Of a stretch of DNA of 64,000 nt, positions 38,753-48,088 are shown one piece after another. The notes under the pieces were generated by a model. The model made no database searches. It saw only the letters and a list, made by a program, of their open reading frames with translations, and was not told where the DNA came from. Within the stretch, counting starts at the first letter, position 1; the number at the start of each line of letters is the position of its first letter. This DNA comes from Methanobacteriota archaeon (GTDB taxonomy: Archaea > Thermoplasmatota > E2 > DHVEG-1): contig CAVYNH010000004.1 in assembly GCA_963769885.1 (NCBI GenBank), forward strand, positions 320,001 to 384,000, in the 5' to 3' direction. Position numbers and translations under genes: made by a program.

Positions 38753-39232
38753 ATGGTGGATGAAGTTCTAATAGATAACCTGGTTGTTTTTTCTGCAATT
38801 ATCTACTATGCTTTCTTATGTGTAGTTTATTTGTTGCGCGCCTATGAGCGCGATAAACTGGAATTGATGCTTGCCCCGGTCTTTAGTTTGCTGCTGGTGC
38901 CATTTGTTGCTTTGTGGACGTTGAACCTTCTCAATGGAAGCGACAGTGGACGCTTGATTACGGGGCTTCCGATAATCATCTATCTGGTCTACGATCTCTG
39001 GTATCGTTTAATTACGAAAAAGAAACCTCAACATCATCCCGACCGTTGGCCTATTGGTTTGATAGTATACCTCATACTCCTTCAAATTGGGAGTATAGCC
39101 TTGAATTGGTACGGGTTCATCGTATCGAAATTCTATGGAAATATGCTTATAATCTGCTACTTCGTCATGCTAGGTTGTTTTGGGTTTTACCAAAATAGAT
39201 ACAATAAGAGGAAAAAGATCATTACGAACTGA
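38753..39232 (+). CDS. Hypothetical membrane protein (about 5 TM)
   Basis: AGGAG RBS, hydrophobic ORF. Confidence 0.7.
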   Translation: MVDEVLIDNLVVFSAIIYYAFLCVVYLLRAYERDKLELMLAPVFSLLLVPFVALWTLNLLNGSDSGRLITGLPIIIYLVYDLWYRLITKKKPQHHPDRWPIGLIVYLILLQIGSIALNWYGFIVSKFYGNMLIICYFVMLGCFGFYQNRYNKRKKIITN

Positions 39233-39320
39233 TGGCAAAGGATGCAGGGGAAGAGACTTGAACACCAAAATACAAGCAACAAATACAGGTTTCCTCTTTA
39301 AACTGAAAAAATCTTCTAAT

Positions 39321-40135
39321 TCATTTTGTCTTAACAAAAGGCTTTTTTAGAAAAGAAAGAGCAGAAGCGTAGATTGAAATTGTAATCAAAGGAATATGCA
39401 AGATACCGTTCCACCATAATTGGTCGGGGATCATAATAAAATTTACTAAAATGTTATAGAAGGCTAGAATGAGCCCAACAAAACTCGTGACTCTCAGTGT
39501 TGCTATGTTAACCCGTGGGTAATAAAAGGTGAGTATTGCAAGATACACTGGCGTCATCATACAGAAAAATAGACCCGTAGCATTCGAAAAAATGTAAAGA
39601 GGATTGAAATCGGGCAGGTAAGTATTTGGATTCGCAGGATAACAAAACGCTAGAAACGCGAAGGGAATCACCCAATATTTCCATAAAGGCTGTTTTGAGG
39701 TGTGAAATCATTTTTCTGAGCCAGTACCTCCCAGAACCAAAAAGCAGCGACAATACAAATCGCAACGAGATTGCTTGTGACAATTCCTAAACCATATTCT
39801 TCAGTAACGGCAATGTTTTGAAGAAATGCAAAAAGAACATAGGAGATAGCCACATAAATGCTAAAGAGACGTGTAACCTTGTTTCGGAGAAAGAAAATTG
39901 AAAAAATTAAGATGATCGGGATTATTTTAAAAATTGGATATATTACAGGATAGGAATATATTACACCATCCTTTCCAAGTATCGCACTTGTGAGTTTTCC
40001 TATTTCTGTTAAATCAACTCCTTTTGATGTGTAAAGTGGAATGAATTGTGCAAGGATAATAACGAGAAAAAATCACCATTTTCTGGTTAGTGATTCCAGT
40101 TTTGTTTGAATTCTATCAAGATTTTTAATGTTCAA
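39321..40135 (-). pseudogene. Multi-TM membrane protein pseudogene
   Basis: TTG start with RBS, in-frame TGA at 40073-40075, frameshift near 39700 joining ...KNDFTP to KQPLWKYWVIPFAF. Confidence 0.75.
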
Positions 40136-40334
40136 ATAATTTCTCTCCTTAATTACACTGTTTGAGTAAATCAATTATGAGACGGATATTTGTCTGAAGA
40201 ACTTATAACTTACTGCAATCATTCATCCTCTCATCTATCAGACAAATAACGCCTCCATTTTTTTGTTCAAAAGAGAGGGAGAATATTTATTTAAAAATAG
40301 TAATAAGATTGCACCTTTAGGATCTAAGCGTCGA

Positions 40335-40388
40335 TGTACCGATAAAAATTGTGTTTTTCTTCTGTTAAATAATTATGCTAAAGAATAG
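40335..40388. repeat. Module terminal repeat, copy 3 (short), abutting tRNA-Ser
   Basis: AATTGTGTTTTTCTTCTGTTAAATAATTATGCTAAAGAATAG aligns gap-free with 38512-38553. Confidence 0.8.
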
Positions 40389-40471
40389 CGCGGGGAGGGA
40401 GATTCGAACTCCCGAGGTCAAAGACCACAGGATTAGCAATCCTGCGCCTTACCAGGCTGGGCCATCCCCGC
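40389..40471 (-). tRNA. tRNA-Ser(GCT)
   Basis: Acceptor GCGGGGA/TCCCCGC, anticodon arm CAGGA-TTGCTAA-TCCTG, long variable arm, GTTCGAATC, discriminator G. Confidence 0.96.
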
Positions 40472-40567
40472 AAACACCGGGCACCCCCAATATAAACCCC
40501 CCTCATAAAAACCTTATCACGGAGGCAACTTAAAATACCCACCACCACCTCCAACACACCACATATC

Positions 40568-41986
40568 ATGGACGACTGGACCGATACACATCGCCCTAAA
40601 AGCCTCCGAGATATCCTCGGCAACGACACCGCACTCTCAGAACTGCGCCGCTGGGCCACCCAATGGACCCAAGGCACCCCACCAAAGAAACGCGCCGTCA
40701 TCCTCAGCGGCAACCCCGGCATCGGCAAAACCATCGCCGCCCACGCACTTGCCGCTGACCTCGGCTGGACCACGCTTGAACTCAACGCCTCCGACGCCCG
40801 CAACGAAACCATCCTGCGCCGCATCGCCGGCGCCGGCGCCGCCAACGAAACCTTCGACGACACCGGCACCTACATCTCCACCAAAACCGGCGGCCGCAAA
40901 CTCATCATCCTCGACGAAGCAGACAACCTCGACGAACACGCCAAAGACGCCACCGACGTCATGAACGGCCATGACTTCAGCGACCGCGGCGCCAAAAAAA
41001 CCATCACCATGCTTGCCAAAACCACCAGACAGCCCCTCATCCTCATCGTCAACGACTACTACACCCTCATCCGTGGCGGCGGCGACCAACTCCCCAGCCT
41101 CTGCCACCACATCCAATTCAAACCCATCACCACCACTCAGATTATCGACCTCCTCAAACGCCTCTGCCGCGCCGAAGGCATCACCACCGACGACAAGACC
41201 CTGACCGCCATCGCCGCCAGATCCAAAGGAGACGTCAGATCCGCCGTCAACGACCTCCAAGCCATCAGCCTCAACCGCACCACCCTCACCATCAAAGACC
41301 TCGACGCCCTCGGCTATCGCGATCGCGATACCATTATCTTCGACACCATCCGGGAGGTCTTCAAAGCCCGCACCAGCCAGGCTAGCCGTCAGAGCCTGCG
41401 TAGCGCGGATGTCGACCCTGAGACCTTCCTCCTCTGGATCTCCGAGAACATCCCCCGGGAATACCTTGATCCAGCTGACCTCGTCAACGGCTTCGACGCC
41501 GTCTCCAGAGCCGACGTCTTCCTCGGCCGCGTCCAGCGACGAGATTGCTACGACCTCTGGGCCTATGCCTGCGACCTCATGAGCGCGGGTGTCACGTGCG
41601 CTAAGACCCACCAGTACGGGAACATGCGCTACGCCTACCCCTCGTGGTTGAAGGAGATGAGCGGCAGCAAGCCGCCCCGTCAGCTGCGGGATAGCATCGC
41701 CCTGAAGCTCGCCTGCCTGACCCATGCCTCAAAGCGTAAGGTCCGCGACCAGCTCCTCCCCACCTTCCAACGGCTGTACCGGGACGACACTCTGTTTGCA
41801 CGTCGGATGACTGCCGTGCTTGGTCTCACGGAGGGTGAAGCCATATTTCTTCTTGGGAAGGACCAGGATCATCGTCTCAAAGAACTGTTCATGGATGAGG
41901 ATGCTCCAAGCGAGCGGAAGATCAAAGTGTCTCAGGAAAAGAGGGAGCCGGAGGAGACTCGGCAGCCGAGCCTCATGGAGTTCTAA
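40568..41986 (+). CDS. rfcL: Replication factor C large subunit
   Basis: WTDTHRPKSL, GNPGIGKT, ELNASDAR, DEAD, GDVRSAVNDLQ, PIP box QPSLMEF. Confidence 0.95.
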   Translation: MDDWTDTHRPKSLRDILGNDTALSELRRWATQWTQGTPPKKRAVILSGNPGIGKTIAAHALAADLGWTTLELNASDARNETILRRIAGAGAANETFDDTGTYISTKTGGRKLIILDEADNLDEHAKDATDVMNGHDFSDRGAKKTITMLAKTTRQPLILIVNDYYTLIRGGGDQLPSLCHHIQFKPITTTQIIDLLKRLCRAEGITTDDKTLTAIAARSKGDVRSAVNDLQAISLNRTTLTIKDLDALGYRDRDTIIFDTIREVFKARTSQASRQSLRSADVDPETFLLWISENIPREYLDPADLVNGFDAVSRADVFLGRVQRRDCYDLWAYACDLMSAGVTCAKTHQYGNMRYAYPSWLKEMSGSKPPRQLRDSIALKLACLTHASKRKVRDQLLPTFQRLYRDDTLFARRMTAVLGLTEGEAIFLLGKDQDHRLKELFMDEDAPSERKIKVSQEKREPEETRQPSLMEF

Positions 41987-41992
41987 GACAGT

Positions 41993-42790
41993 CTATTGTT
42001 GGATATTTTCAAGGCGGCGCATGGTGTCGACGGCCTGCGCTTTGTACTCCTCTTTTAGCTTCGTATAGGTCTCATCGGAGATGGCCTTCGCGCGGTACCG
42101 TTTCTCCAGTTCCTTGAGCAGCTCCAGGAGCAGTTCTTTTTTCGTCGTCAGCGCCTCGGGGGTGTCGATGGTGCCGACGCGTTTCTTGCGCCGCTGTCGG
42201 CGGAGCACGAGGAGCAACATAGTGATGATGATGACCACGACGAGGAAGACGAGAACTAGGGTGGTGATTCCTAGGGGTGCTTCTGAGGGGTTGTAGAGTT
42301 GGACGACGAGTTCGTTGGATTTGGCGAAGTTCTTCCCGGAGAACAGCGTTTGGGTGTTGTAGGAGACCGTTGCTTGGGAGGTGTTGTAGAGGAGGTCTTT
42401 GATGAACCGGTTGGTGTTCGTCGGCAGTCCGTAGGAGAGTTTGACTTCGAAGGATCCTGCGGGTGGGATGCTGAGGTGCTTCTCGGTGAGGTTGCATTCG
42501 CGGATGTTGCCGTTGACGACCCAGGAGAGGCTGGTGCCGCTGCTGGTGGCCGTGACGGTGAGGTCTTGTTTGGCTTCGCTTTGGATCCAGAATCGAAGGA
42601 GGGAGATGTTTTCGGTGCCGTGGTTGGAGACACGGATCGTTTCTTCGACGTGGAGGCCGTTGTTGGCGACGGTGATGGTGATGGTCTGGCTGTCGGTGAC
42701 GATGCCGGCGTCTGTGAGGGCGGAGGAGGGGAACGCCAGCCAGCTTAACGAAAGGAGCGCTATGAGAAGGCAGGTGATGAGTCGTCGCAT
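41993..42790 (-). CDS. Membrane-anchored hypothetical protein
   Basis: Signal peptide, one TM near the C-terminus, short helical tail. Confidence 0.75.
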   Translation of the reverse strand: MRRLITCLLIALLSLSWLAFPSSALTDAGIVTDSQTITITVANNGLHVEETIRVSNHGTENISLLRFWIQSEAKQDLTVTATSSGTSLSWVVNGNIRECNLTEKHLSIPPAGSFEVKLSYGLPTNTNRFIKDLLYNTSQATVSYNTQTLFSGKNFAKSNELVVQLYNPSEAPLGITTLVLVFLVVVIIITMLLLVLRRQRRKKRVGTIDTPEALTTKKELLLELLKELEKRYRAKAISDETYTKLKEEYKAQAVDTMRRLENIQQ

Positions 42791-42909
42791 AGGGGGTCGG
42801 CCGCTACGATACCTTGTTTCCTTATCTACTTTTCGACCTTGTGGTGAGGAGACAGGGTGGTTTTAAATAATGTCAGTAGCTTGCCGATTCATCAGTGATG
42901 TGAGCGCGT

Positions 42910-43407
42910 ATGACGGTTGGAATCATCTTTTATTCACGGACGGGGAACACCAGGAAAGCTGCGGAGCTGCTTGCGGACAAGATCAAGGCGAAAGGCCATG
43001 GGTTGGAGTTCGTGGAGATCGAGGCGGTGCGTAGGCCTGGTTTTTTTTCAGCGGGTCGCGCAAGTATGCGGCAGACAGAGCTTCCAATCAAGAACGGACC
43101 CATGGAACTGGGGAAGTATGAGTTCGTGGTGTTCGGCGTCCCGGTGTGGGCGGGGAATCCCTCCCCGATGCTGAAGTCGTTTCTTGGGAAGGTCCCTGGG
43201 TGCCAACGGATTCCTGCTGCATGTTTTCTGAATGGTAGCGGGAAGGCGGGGACCCACGACCGCGCCATCGCCGGTGTCAAAGACTTGGTTGTGGGGAAGG
43301 GGTTCGATCTGCGCGAGCCGATTCTTGAGGTGCAGATGGGCCGCAGTGGCATCCTCAGTCAAAACATGTCGTTGGATGAGTTTCTTGCTGCTGTGCTGCC
43401 GCGGTAG
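42910..43407 (+). CDS. Flavodoxin-like protein
   Basis: FYSRTGNT, GVPVWAG. Confidence 0.85.
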   Translation: MTVGIIFYSRTGNTRKAAELLADKIKAKGHGLEFVEIEAVRRPGFFSAGRASMRQTELPIKNGPMELGKYEFVVFGVPVWAGNPSPMLKSFLGKVPGCQRIPAACFLNGSGKAGTHDRAIAGVKDLVVGKGFDLREPILEVQMGRSGILSQNMSLDEFLAAVLPR

Positions 43408-43413
43408 GAGTCA

Positions 43414-44319
43414 TCACATCGCTCGGAGCCGGCGGATGCGTTCGTCCAGGGGCGGGTGCGTGGACCAGATGGAGTCCCGCAGGGCGCGTTTGAAGGGGTT
43501 GGCGATGTAGAGCGGGGCGACGGTGGGGCTGCCTTTGGGGTCGTCGGGGAGGTCGTTTTTGATTTTTTCCAGCGCGCTGGCGAGGCCTTCGGGGTTCCTG
43601 GTGAGGGCGGCGCCTTGGGCGTCGGCGAGGTATTCCCGGCGCCGGCTGATGGCGAGGTAGGTGAGGCGGCTGAAGATGGGGGCGAGGACGACGAAGATGA
43701 GGGCGACGATGGCGATGATGCCTGCGCCGTTGCCGCGGTCGCGGCTTCTGCCCGCGCCGCCCCAGAAGACTATTCTGATGGCGATTTCGGCGAGGAGGGC
43801 GATGGCGCCGACGACGCCGACGGTCACGGTCATGACGAGGATGTCGTGGTCGAGGATGTGGCTCATTTCGTGGCCGATGACGCCTTCGAGTTCTTCGGTG
43901 TTGAGTTGGTGGAGGGCGCCGGTGGTGGCGCAGATGATGGCTTCGTCGGGGTGGCGTCCGGTGGCGAAGGCGTTGATGTCCCGAGAGTCTTGGACGTAGA
44001 CTTTTGGGGTGGGCAGGCCGGCGGCGATGGCCATTTCTTCGACTTTGTAGATGAGGAGTTTTTCTTCGCGGTTGGCGGGGTTGGCGGGGCGTGCTTTGGC
44101 GGCGGCGATGACGCTTTGGACGCTGAAGCTGTAGGTGATGAGGATGTAGAAGAGGCTGACGGCGAGGGCGATGGGGAAGGTGAAGAGTGGTGGTGCGTTG
44201 AGGATGAGGCCGATGAGGAAGATGACGGTGAAGAGGAGGAGGAGCATGACCGTGCAGATGAGGACGGTGATGAGTTTGTTGTGGCGGATTTGGTCTTCGA
44301 GGAGCATGCTGCGGGGCAT
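43414..44319 (-). CDS. htpX: M48 zinc metalloprotease HtpX
   Basis: NAFATG, HEMSH, SRRREYLAD, STHPP. Confidence 0.92.
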   Translation of the reverse strand: MPRSMLLEDQIRHNKLITVLICTVMLLLLFTVIFLIGLILNAPPLFTFPIALAVSLFYILITYSFSVQSVIAAAKARPANPANREEKLLIYKVEEMAIAAGLPTPKVYVQDSRDINAFATGRHPDEAIICATTGALHQLNTEELEGVIGHEMSHILDHDILVMTVTVGVVGAIALLAEIAIRIVFWGGAGRSRDRGNGAGIIAIVALIFVVLAPIFSRLTYLAISRRREYLADAQGAALTRNPEGLASALEKIKNDLPDDPKGSPTVAPLYIANPFKRALRDSIWSTHPPLDERIRRLRAM

Positions 44320-44383
44320 TTTCAGGGTGACCTCCTTTTGATGAGTGAGGGAAGAAGAAAGAGAGGAAGAAAAAGGTTGTGGG

Positions 44384-44947
44384 TTAGAATTTGACTTTGG
44401 GGGCTTCCCTGCTTGCTTCTGGGATTTGGAGCATGGGTTTTTCTGTGCGGCCCATGCGGCGGGCGAAGATGACGCCGGGGAAGGTCTCGATGGTGTTGTT
44501 GTAGGCGAGGACGCTGTCGTTGTAGTGCTGGCGGGCGTAGCTGATCTTGTCTTCGGTGTGGGTGAGCTCGTCTTGGAGCTGGAGGAAGTTGGTGTTGGCT
44601 TTGAGGTCCGGGTAGTTTTCGGCGACGGCGAAGAGGGTCTTCAGCGTGCCAGTGAGTATGTTGTTGGCGTCGATGCTCTCCTGGGGGGTCTTGGCGCTCA
44701 TGAGGCCGGCGCGGGCTTTGGTGACGGCTTCCATGGTGCCGCGCTCGTGCTGCATGTAGCCGCGGACGGTCTCCATGAGGTTGGGGATGAGGTCTGCCCG
44801 CCGTTTGAGTTGGACGTCGATTTGTCCCCAGTTGTTGTCGATGCGGTTCTCGTAGACGATGATGCGGTTGTAGTAGCTGACGATCCAGAGGATGACGGCG
44901 ACGACGATGATGAGGACGATGAGGCCGATAATCAGAATCCAGTCCAT
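44384..44947 (-). CDS. lemA: LemA family protein
   Basis: [41 protein letters not shown]. Confidence 0.95.
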   Translation of the reverse strand: MDWILIIGLIVLIIVVAVILWIVSYYNRIIVYENRIDNNWGQIDVQLKRRADLIPNLMETVRGYMQHERGTMEAVTKARAGLMSAKTPQESIDANNILTGTLKTLFAVAENYPDLKANTNFLQLQDELTHTEDKISYARQHYNDSVLAYNNTIETFPGVIFARRMGRTEKPMLQIPEASREAPKVKF

Positions 44948-45031
44948 GTGTCTTCTCCTACCCTGTGATGGTTCGTGGGTCGGATGGTGCAATAGGGTTC
45001 TTGTATAAAAACGTGTGCCTCAGGGGGGCCG

Positions 45032-45811
45032 TTAGGAGCCGTGCTTATAGACCTCGTAGGCCTCCTTGGGCGTGGCCTTCTTGTGGACGATGGCGTTGAC
45101 GGCCTTCACCATGGAAAGGGGGTGGCTGCTTTGGAAGATGTTGCGGCCCATGTCCACGCCGGCCGCCCCCGCCTGAATCGCGTGATAGGCCATCTCGAGG
45201 GCTTCCTGTTCCGGGAGTTTCTTGCCGCCGGCGATCACGATGGGGACCGGGCAGCTGTCCACGACCTTCTCGAAGTCCTTGACATAATAGGTTTTGACGA
45301 GGTGGGCGCCCAGCTCCGCGGCTATCCGAGAGGCGAGGCTCATGTACCGGGCGTCCCGGACCATCTCCTTGCCGACCGCGGTGACCGCGACAACAGGGAT
45401 GCCGTAGCGTTCCGCCTCATCGATGTACTGCGTCAGCCCTAAGATGGTGTCGCGCTCGAACTCCGCCCCGACCATGATAGAGTAGGCGACGCCCGAGGCG
45501 TTCAACCGGATCGCGTCCTCCACGGAGCAGACCGTGCCCTCATGCAGCAGCTCTTTGCCGATGATGCTGGTGCCGCCGGAGACCCGCAGGACGATCGGGA
45601 TATCGACCTCAGGCGGGATGTACGTGCGCAGCGCGCCGCGTGTCAACATCAGGGTGTCCGCGTACCGCAGCAGAGGCAGGACCATCTGATCCAAGTGCTC
45701 CAGCCCGCTCGTCGGGCCCATGAAATAGCCGTGGTCCACCGCGAGCATCACCGTGTGCCCATCCTTAGCGCGAATAATCTTGGATAACCGGTTCTTCAAT
45801 CCCCAGTCCAT
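45032..45811 (-). CDS. lsrF: LsrF-like thiolase (DhnA/class I aldolase family)
   Basis: MDWGLKNRL, MLAVDHGYFMGP, VKTYY, IAGGKK, GVDMGRNIFQ. Confidence 0.88.
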   Translation of the reverse strand: MDWGLKNRLSKIIRAKDGHTVMLAVDHGYFMGPTSGLEHLDQMVLPLLRYADTLMLTRGALRTYIPPEVDIPIVLRVSGGTSIIGKELLHEGTVCSVEDAIRLNASGVAYSIMVGAEFERDTILGLTQYIDEAERYGIPVVAVTAVGKEMVRDARYMSLASRIAAELGAHLVKTYYVKDFEKVVDSCPVPIVIAGGKKLPEQEALEMAYHAIQAGAAGVDMGRNIFQSSHPLSMVKAVNAIVHKKATPKEAYEVYKHGS

Positions 45812-45921
45812 ACGCAAATTGCCTCCAGCCGCAAGGAAACCCATGGCTACATATAAGAGTATTGCCAGACACAAACCGCGGCTGAATAAGGTTAATATAA
45901 ACCGATGAAATACCATGGCCC

Positions 45922-46524
45922 ATGCCAACCTCACGCACCAATAAGATCCTCACCGCAGTCGTCGTCATCGCCCTCATCGCCGCCATCGCCGTCCTCGTCT
46001 TCGCCTACATCCCCTGGGGCGGGTTTCCGAACCAAAACGAGAACAAGGGGCCTTCCATCACTGTGTCTATGGATGCGGTCAACCGCAGCTACACCAAGAG
46101 CGACTTGCAAGGGATCGGGAACTTCACCGGAGTCGGCGGCTACCGCACGCAGTTTCCAATGATCAAAGGCATCGGCAACTACACCGGCGTCTACATCGAG
46201 AGCCTCATCCATGACTTCTCGCCAAGCCTCACCAGCTATAGCCTCAACATCACGGCCATGGACAATGTATCCTATCTCTACAACCTCACGGTCATCCAGG
46301 GAGGCGTCGATCTCTATAACGCCTCGAACGCCACCAACACCACCCCCATTGGTCATGGCGGGGTCAAGATGATGCTGGCGTGGGAATACAATAATCAACC
46401 ATTGAACAACAGCCGCGATTCCTTCCGGATCGCCTTCATCAACAATCCCTCCCAGCCAGTGCCCATCACGGACGCCAGCCTGTGGCTCAAAGACGTCCGC
46501 TCCATCCAGGTCATCCCCCGGTAG
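45922..46524 (+). CDS. Membrane-anchored secreted hypothetical protein (molybdopterin oxidoreductase-like fold)
   Basis: N-terminal TM, YTGV, MMLAWEYNNQPL, WLKDVRSI. Confidence 0.6.
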   Translation: MPTSRTNKILTAVVVIALIAAIAVLVFAYIPWGGFPNQNENKGPSITVSMDAVNRSYTKSDLQGIGNFTGVGGYRTQFPMIKGIGNYTGVYIESLIHDFSPSLTSYSLNITAMDNVSYLYNLTVIQGGVDLYNASNATNTTPIGHGGVKMMLAWEYNNQPLNNSRDSFRIAFINNPSQPVPITDASLWLKDVRSIQVIPR

Positions 46525-46639
46525 ACCGCCCAACCCGGCTTCAAATACCCGTAGAAAAAAACCCGGTAGGAAGCCGGGTCCCCAAACCTTTTTTATCCTT
46601 TCGCCTGTTACCCAGGGTACCATTTGGGAGAGGCATCCT

Positions 46640-48088
46640 ATGACAGGACTCGAAAATCTCAAACCGACGCTTGTTTGGGCTCATTTTGACCAGATCCGAA
46701 AGATCCCCCGCTGTTCCAAGCACGAAGAGAAGATCCGCCAATACATCCTCGATTTCGCCAAAAAACAAGGACTACAAACCCGCACCGACAAGGTCGGCAA
46801 CGTCGTCGTCATCAAACCCGCAGCCAAAGGCATGGAGAAAAAACCCATCGCCATCCTCCAAGGCCACATGGACATGGTCTGCGAAAAGAACAGCGACGTC
46901 ACCTTCGACTTCTCCAAGGACCCCATCCAGATCACCATCAAAGACGACATCCTCAAGGCCAAGGGGACGACCCTCGGCGGGGACAACGGCATCGGCCTGG
47001 CCATGAGCCTCGCGATTCTCGAGGACAAGAGCCTCAGGCTCGGCCCGATCGAGGCCCTCTTCACCGTCGACGAGGAGACCGGGCTGACCGGCGCGTTCGC
47101 CCTCGAGCCCCGCATGCTCAACGGCCGCATCATGCTCAACCTGGACAGCGAGGACTTCGGCGTCATCACCGTCGGCTGCGCCGGCGGGGGCGACTCCAAA
47201 CTCGAACTGCCCCTAATAATCGAGCCTGTCCCTCAAACCTTCACGGGGCTGAGTGTCACTGTCTCCGGCTTACGCGGCGGGCATTCCGGCGTCGACATCC
47301 ACGAGCAGCGCGGCAACGCCGTCAAGATCCTCGCCCGGCTCCTCTGGAAGGCTGGGATGAAGTATTCCCTGGCCATCGTAGACATCAAGGGCGGGGACAA
47401 GCACAACGCCATCCCAAGGGAGGCCCACGCAGCCATCGGCATCCCCAAGGCGGATGCGCCCGCCGTCTCCAAGCTCCTGAAAGAGGAATGCCAGGCGGTG
47501 CTTGAGGAAATCAGGTCCGCCGACCCGAACCTCAAATGCGAGATCAAGGATCAAGGGCTACCGCCGCAGGCGATCAACCAGTCATCGTCCAAGATGCTGC
47601 TGTCTCTTCTCTATGGCCTGCCGCACGGGGTCGACAAGCGCAGCTATGATATCCCGATCCTGGTGGAGACCTCCAATAATGTGGCGACCGTGTCTATCTC
47701 GGGGAAGACCGCGACGATTTCGACGAGCTCGCGCAGCTCCGTGAAGTCGGAACTGCAGGATATGCGGAACCGCATCCATGCGATCGCGAACCTAGCGGGC
47801 GCGAAGGTCTCTGAGGGGGATGCGTACCCGGGCTGGAAGCCGAACATGGACTCCAAGCTGCTGAAGCTGGCGCAGAATGTCTTCAAGGACATGTTCCATG
47901 AGGATGCGAAGGTCGAGGCAATCCACGCGGGCTTGGAGACCGGAATCGTCGGCGAGAAGTTCCCGGGCATGGACATGATCTCGATCGGGCCGACGTTGAA
48001 GAACCCGCACTCACCGGATGAGTACCTCGTGATCAGCACGGTTGGGAAGACCTACGATTACGTGTTGAAGATCCTGATGAGTCTTTAA
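46640..48088 (+). CDS. pepD: Aminoacyl-histidine dipeptidase (M20C)
   Basis: LQGHMDMVCEK, GTTLGGDNGIG, TVDEETG, NLDSE, IHAGLE, HSPDE. Confidence 0.95.
   Translation: MTGLENLKPTLVWAHFDQIRKIPRCSKHEEKIRQYILDFAKKQGLQTRTDKVGNVVVIKPAAKGMEKKPIAILQGHMDMVCEKNSDVTFDFSKDPIQITIKDDILKAKGTTLGGDNGIGLAMSLAILEDKSLRLGPIEALFTVDEETGLTGAFALEPRMLNGRIMLNLDSEDFGVITVGCAGGGDSKLELPLIIEPVPQTFTGLSVTVSGLRGGHSGVDIHEQRGNAVKILARLLWKAGMKYSLAIVDIKGGDKHNAIPREAHAAIGIPKADAPAVSKLLKEECQAVLEEIRSADPNLKCEIKDQGLPPQAINQSSSKMLLSLLYGLPHGVDKRSYDIPILVETSNNVATVSISGKTATISTSSRSSVKSELQDMRNRIHAIANLAGAKVSEGDAYPGWKPNMDSKLLKLAQNVFKDMFHEDAKVEAIHAGLETGIVGEKFPGMDMISIGPTLKNPHSPDEYLVISTVGKTYDYVLKILMSL

Larger units (their letters stand above)
23038..40388. 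mobile_element. AT-rich genomic island / tandem module array at the 3' end of tRNA-Ser(GCT); no integrase inside
   Basis: Abrupt GC drop; tRNA 3'-end copies at 23038-23053 and 38551-38570; repeated terminal motifs. Confidence 0.85.

Noticed and set aside
40073-40075. In-frame TGA as selenocysteine
   Set aside because: Context is KW*FF (likely TGG to TGA) in a membrane gene that also has a frameshift, so a pseudogene
45032-45811. AI-2 quorum-sensing (lsr) operon
   Set aside because: Only an isolated LsrF-like gene; no lsrK, lsrG or transporter genes adjacent
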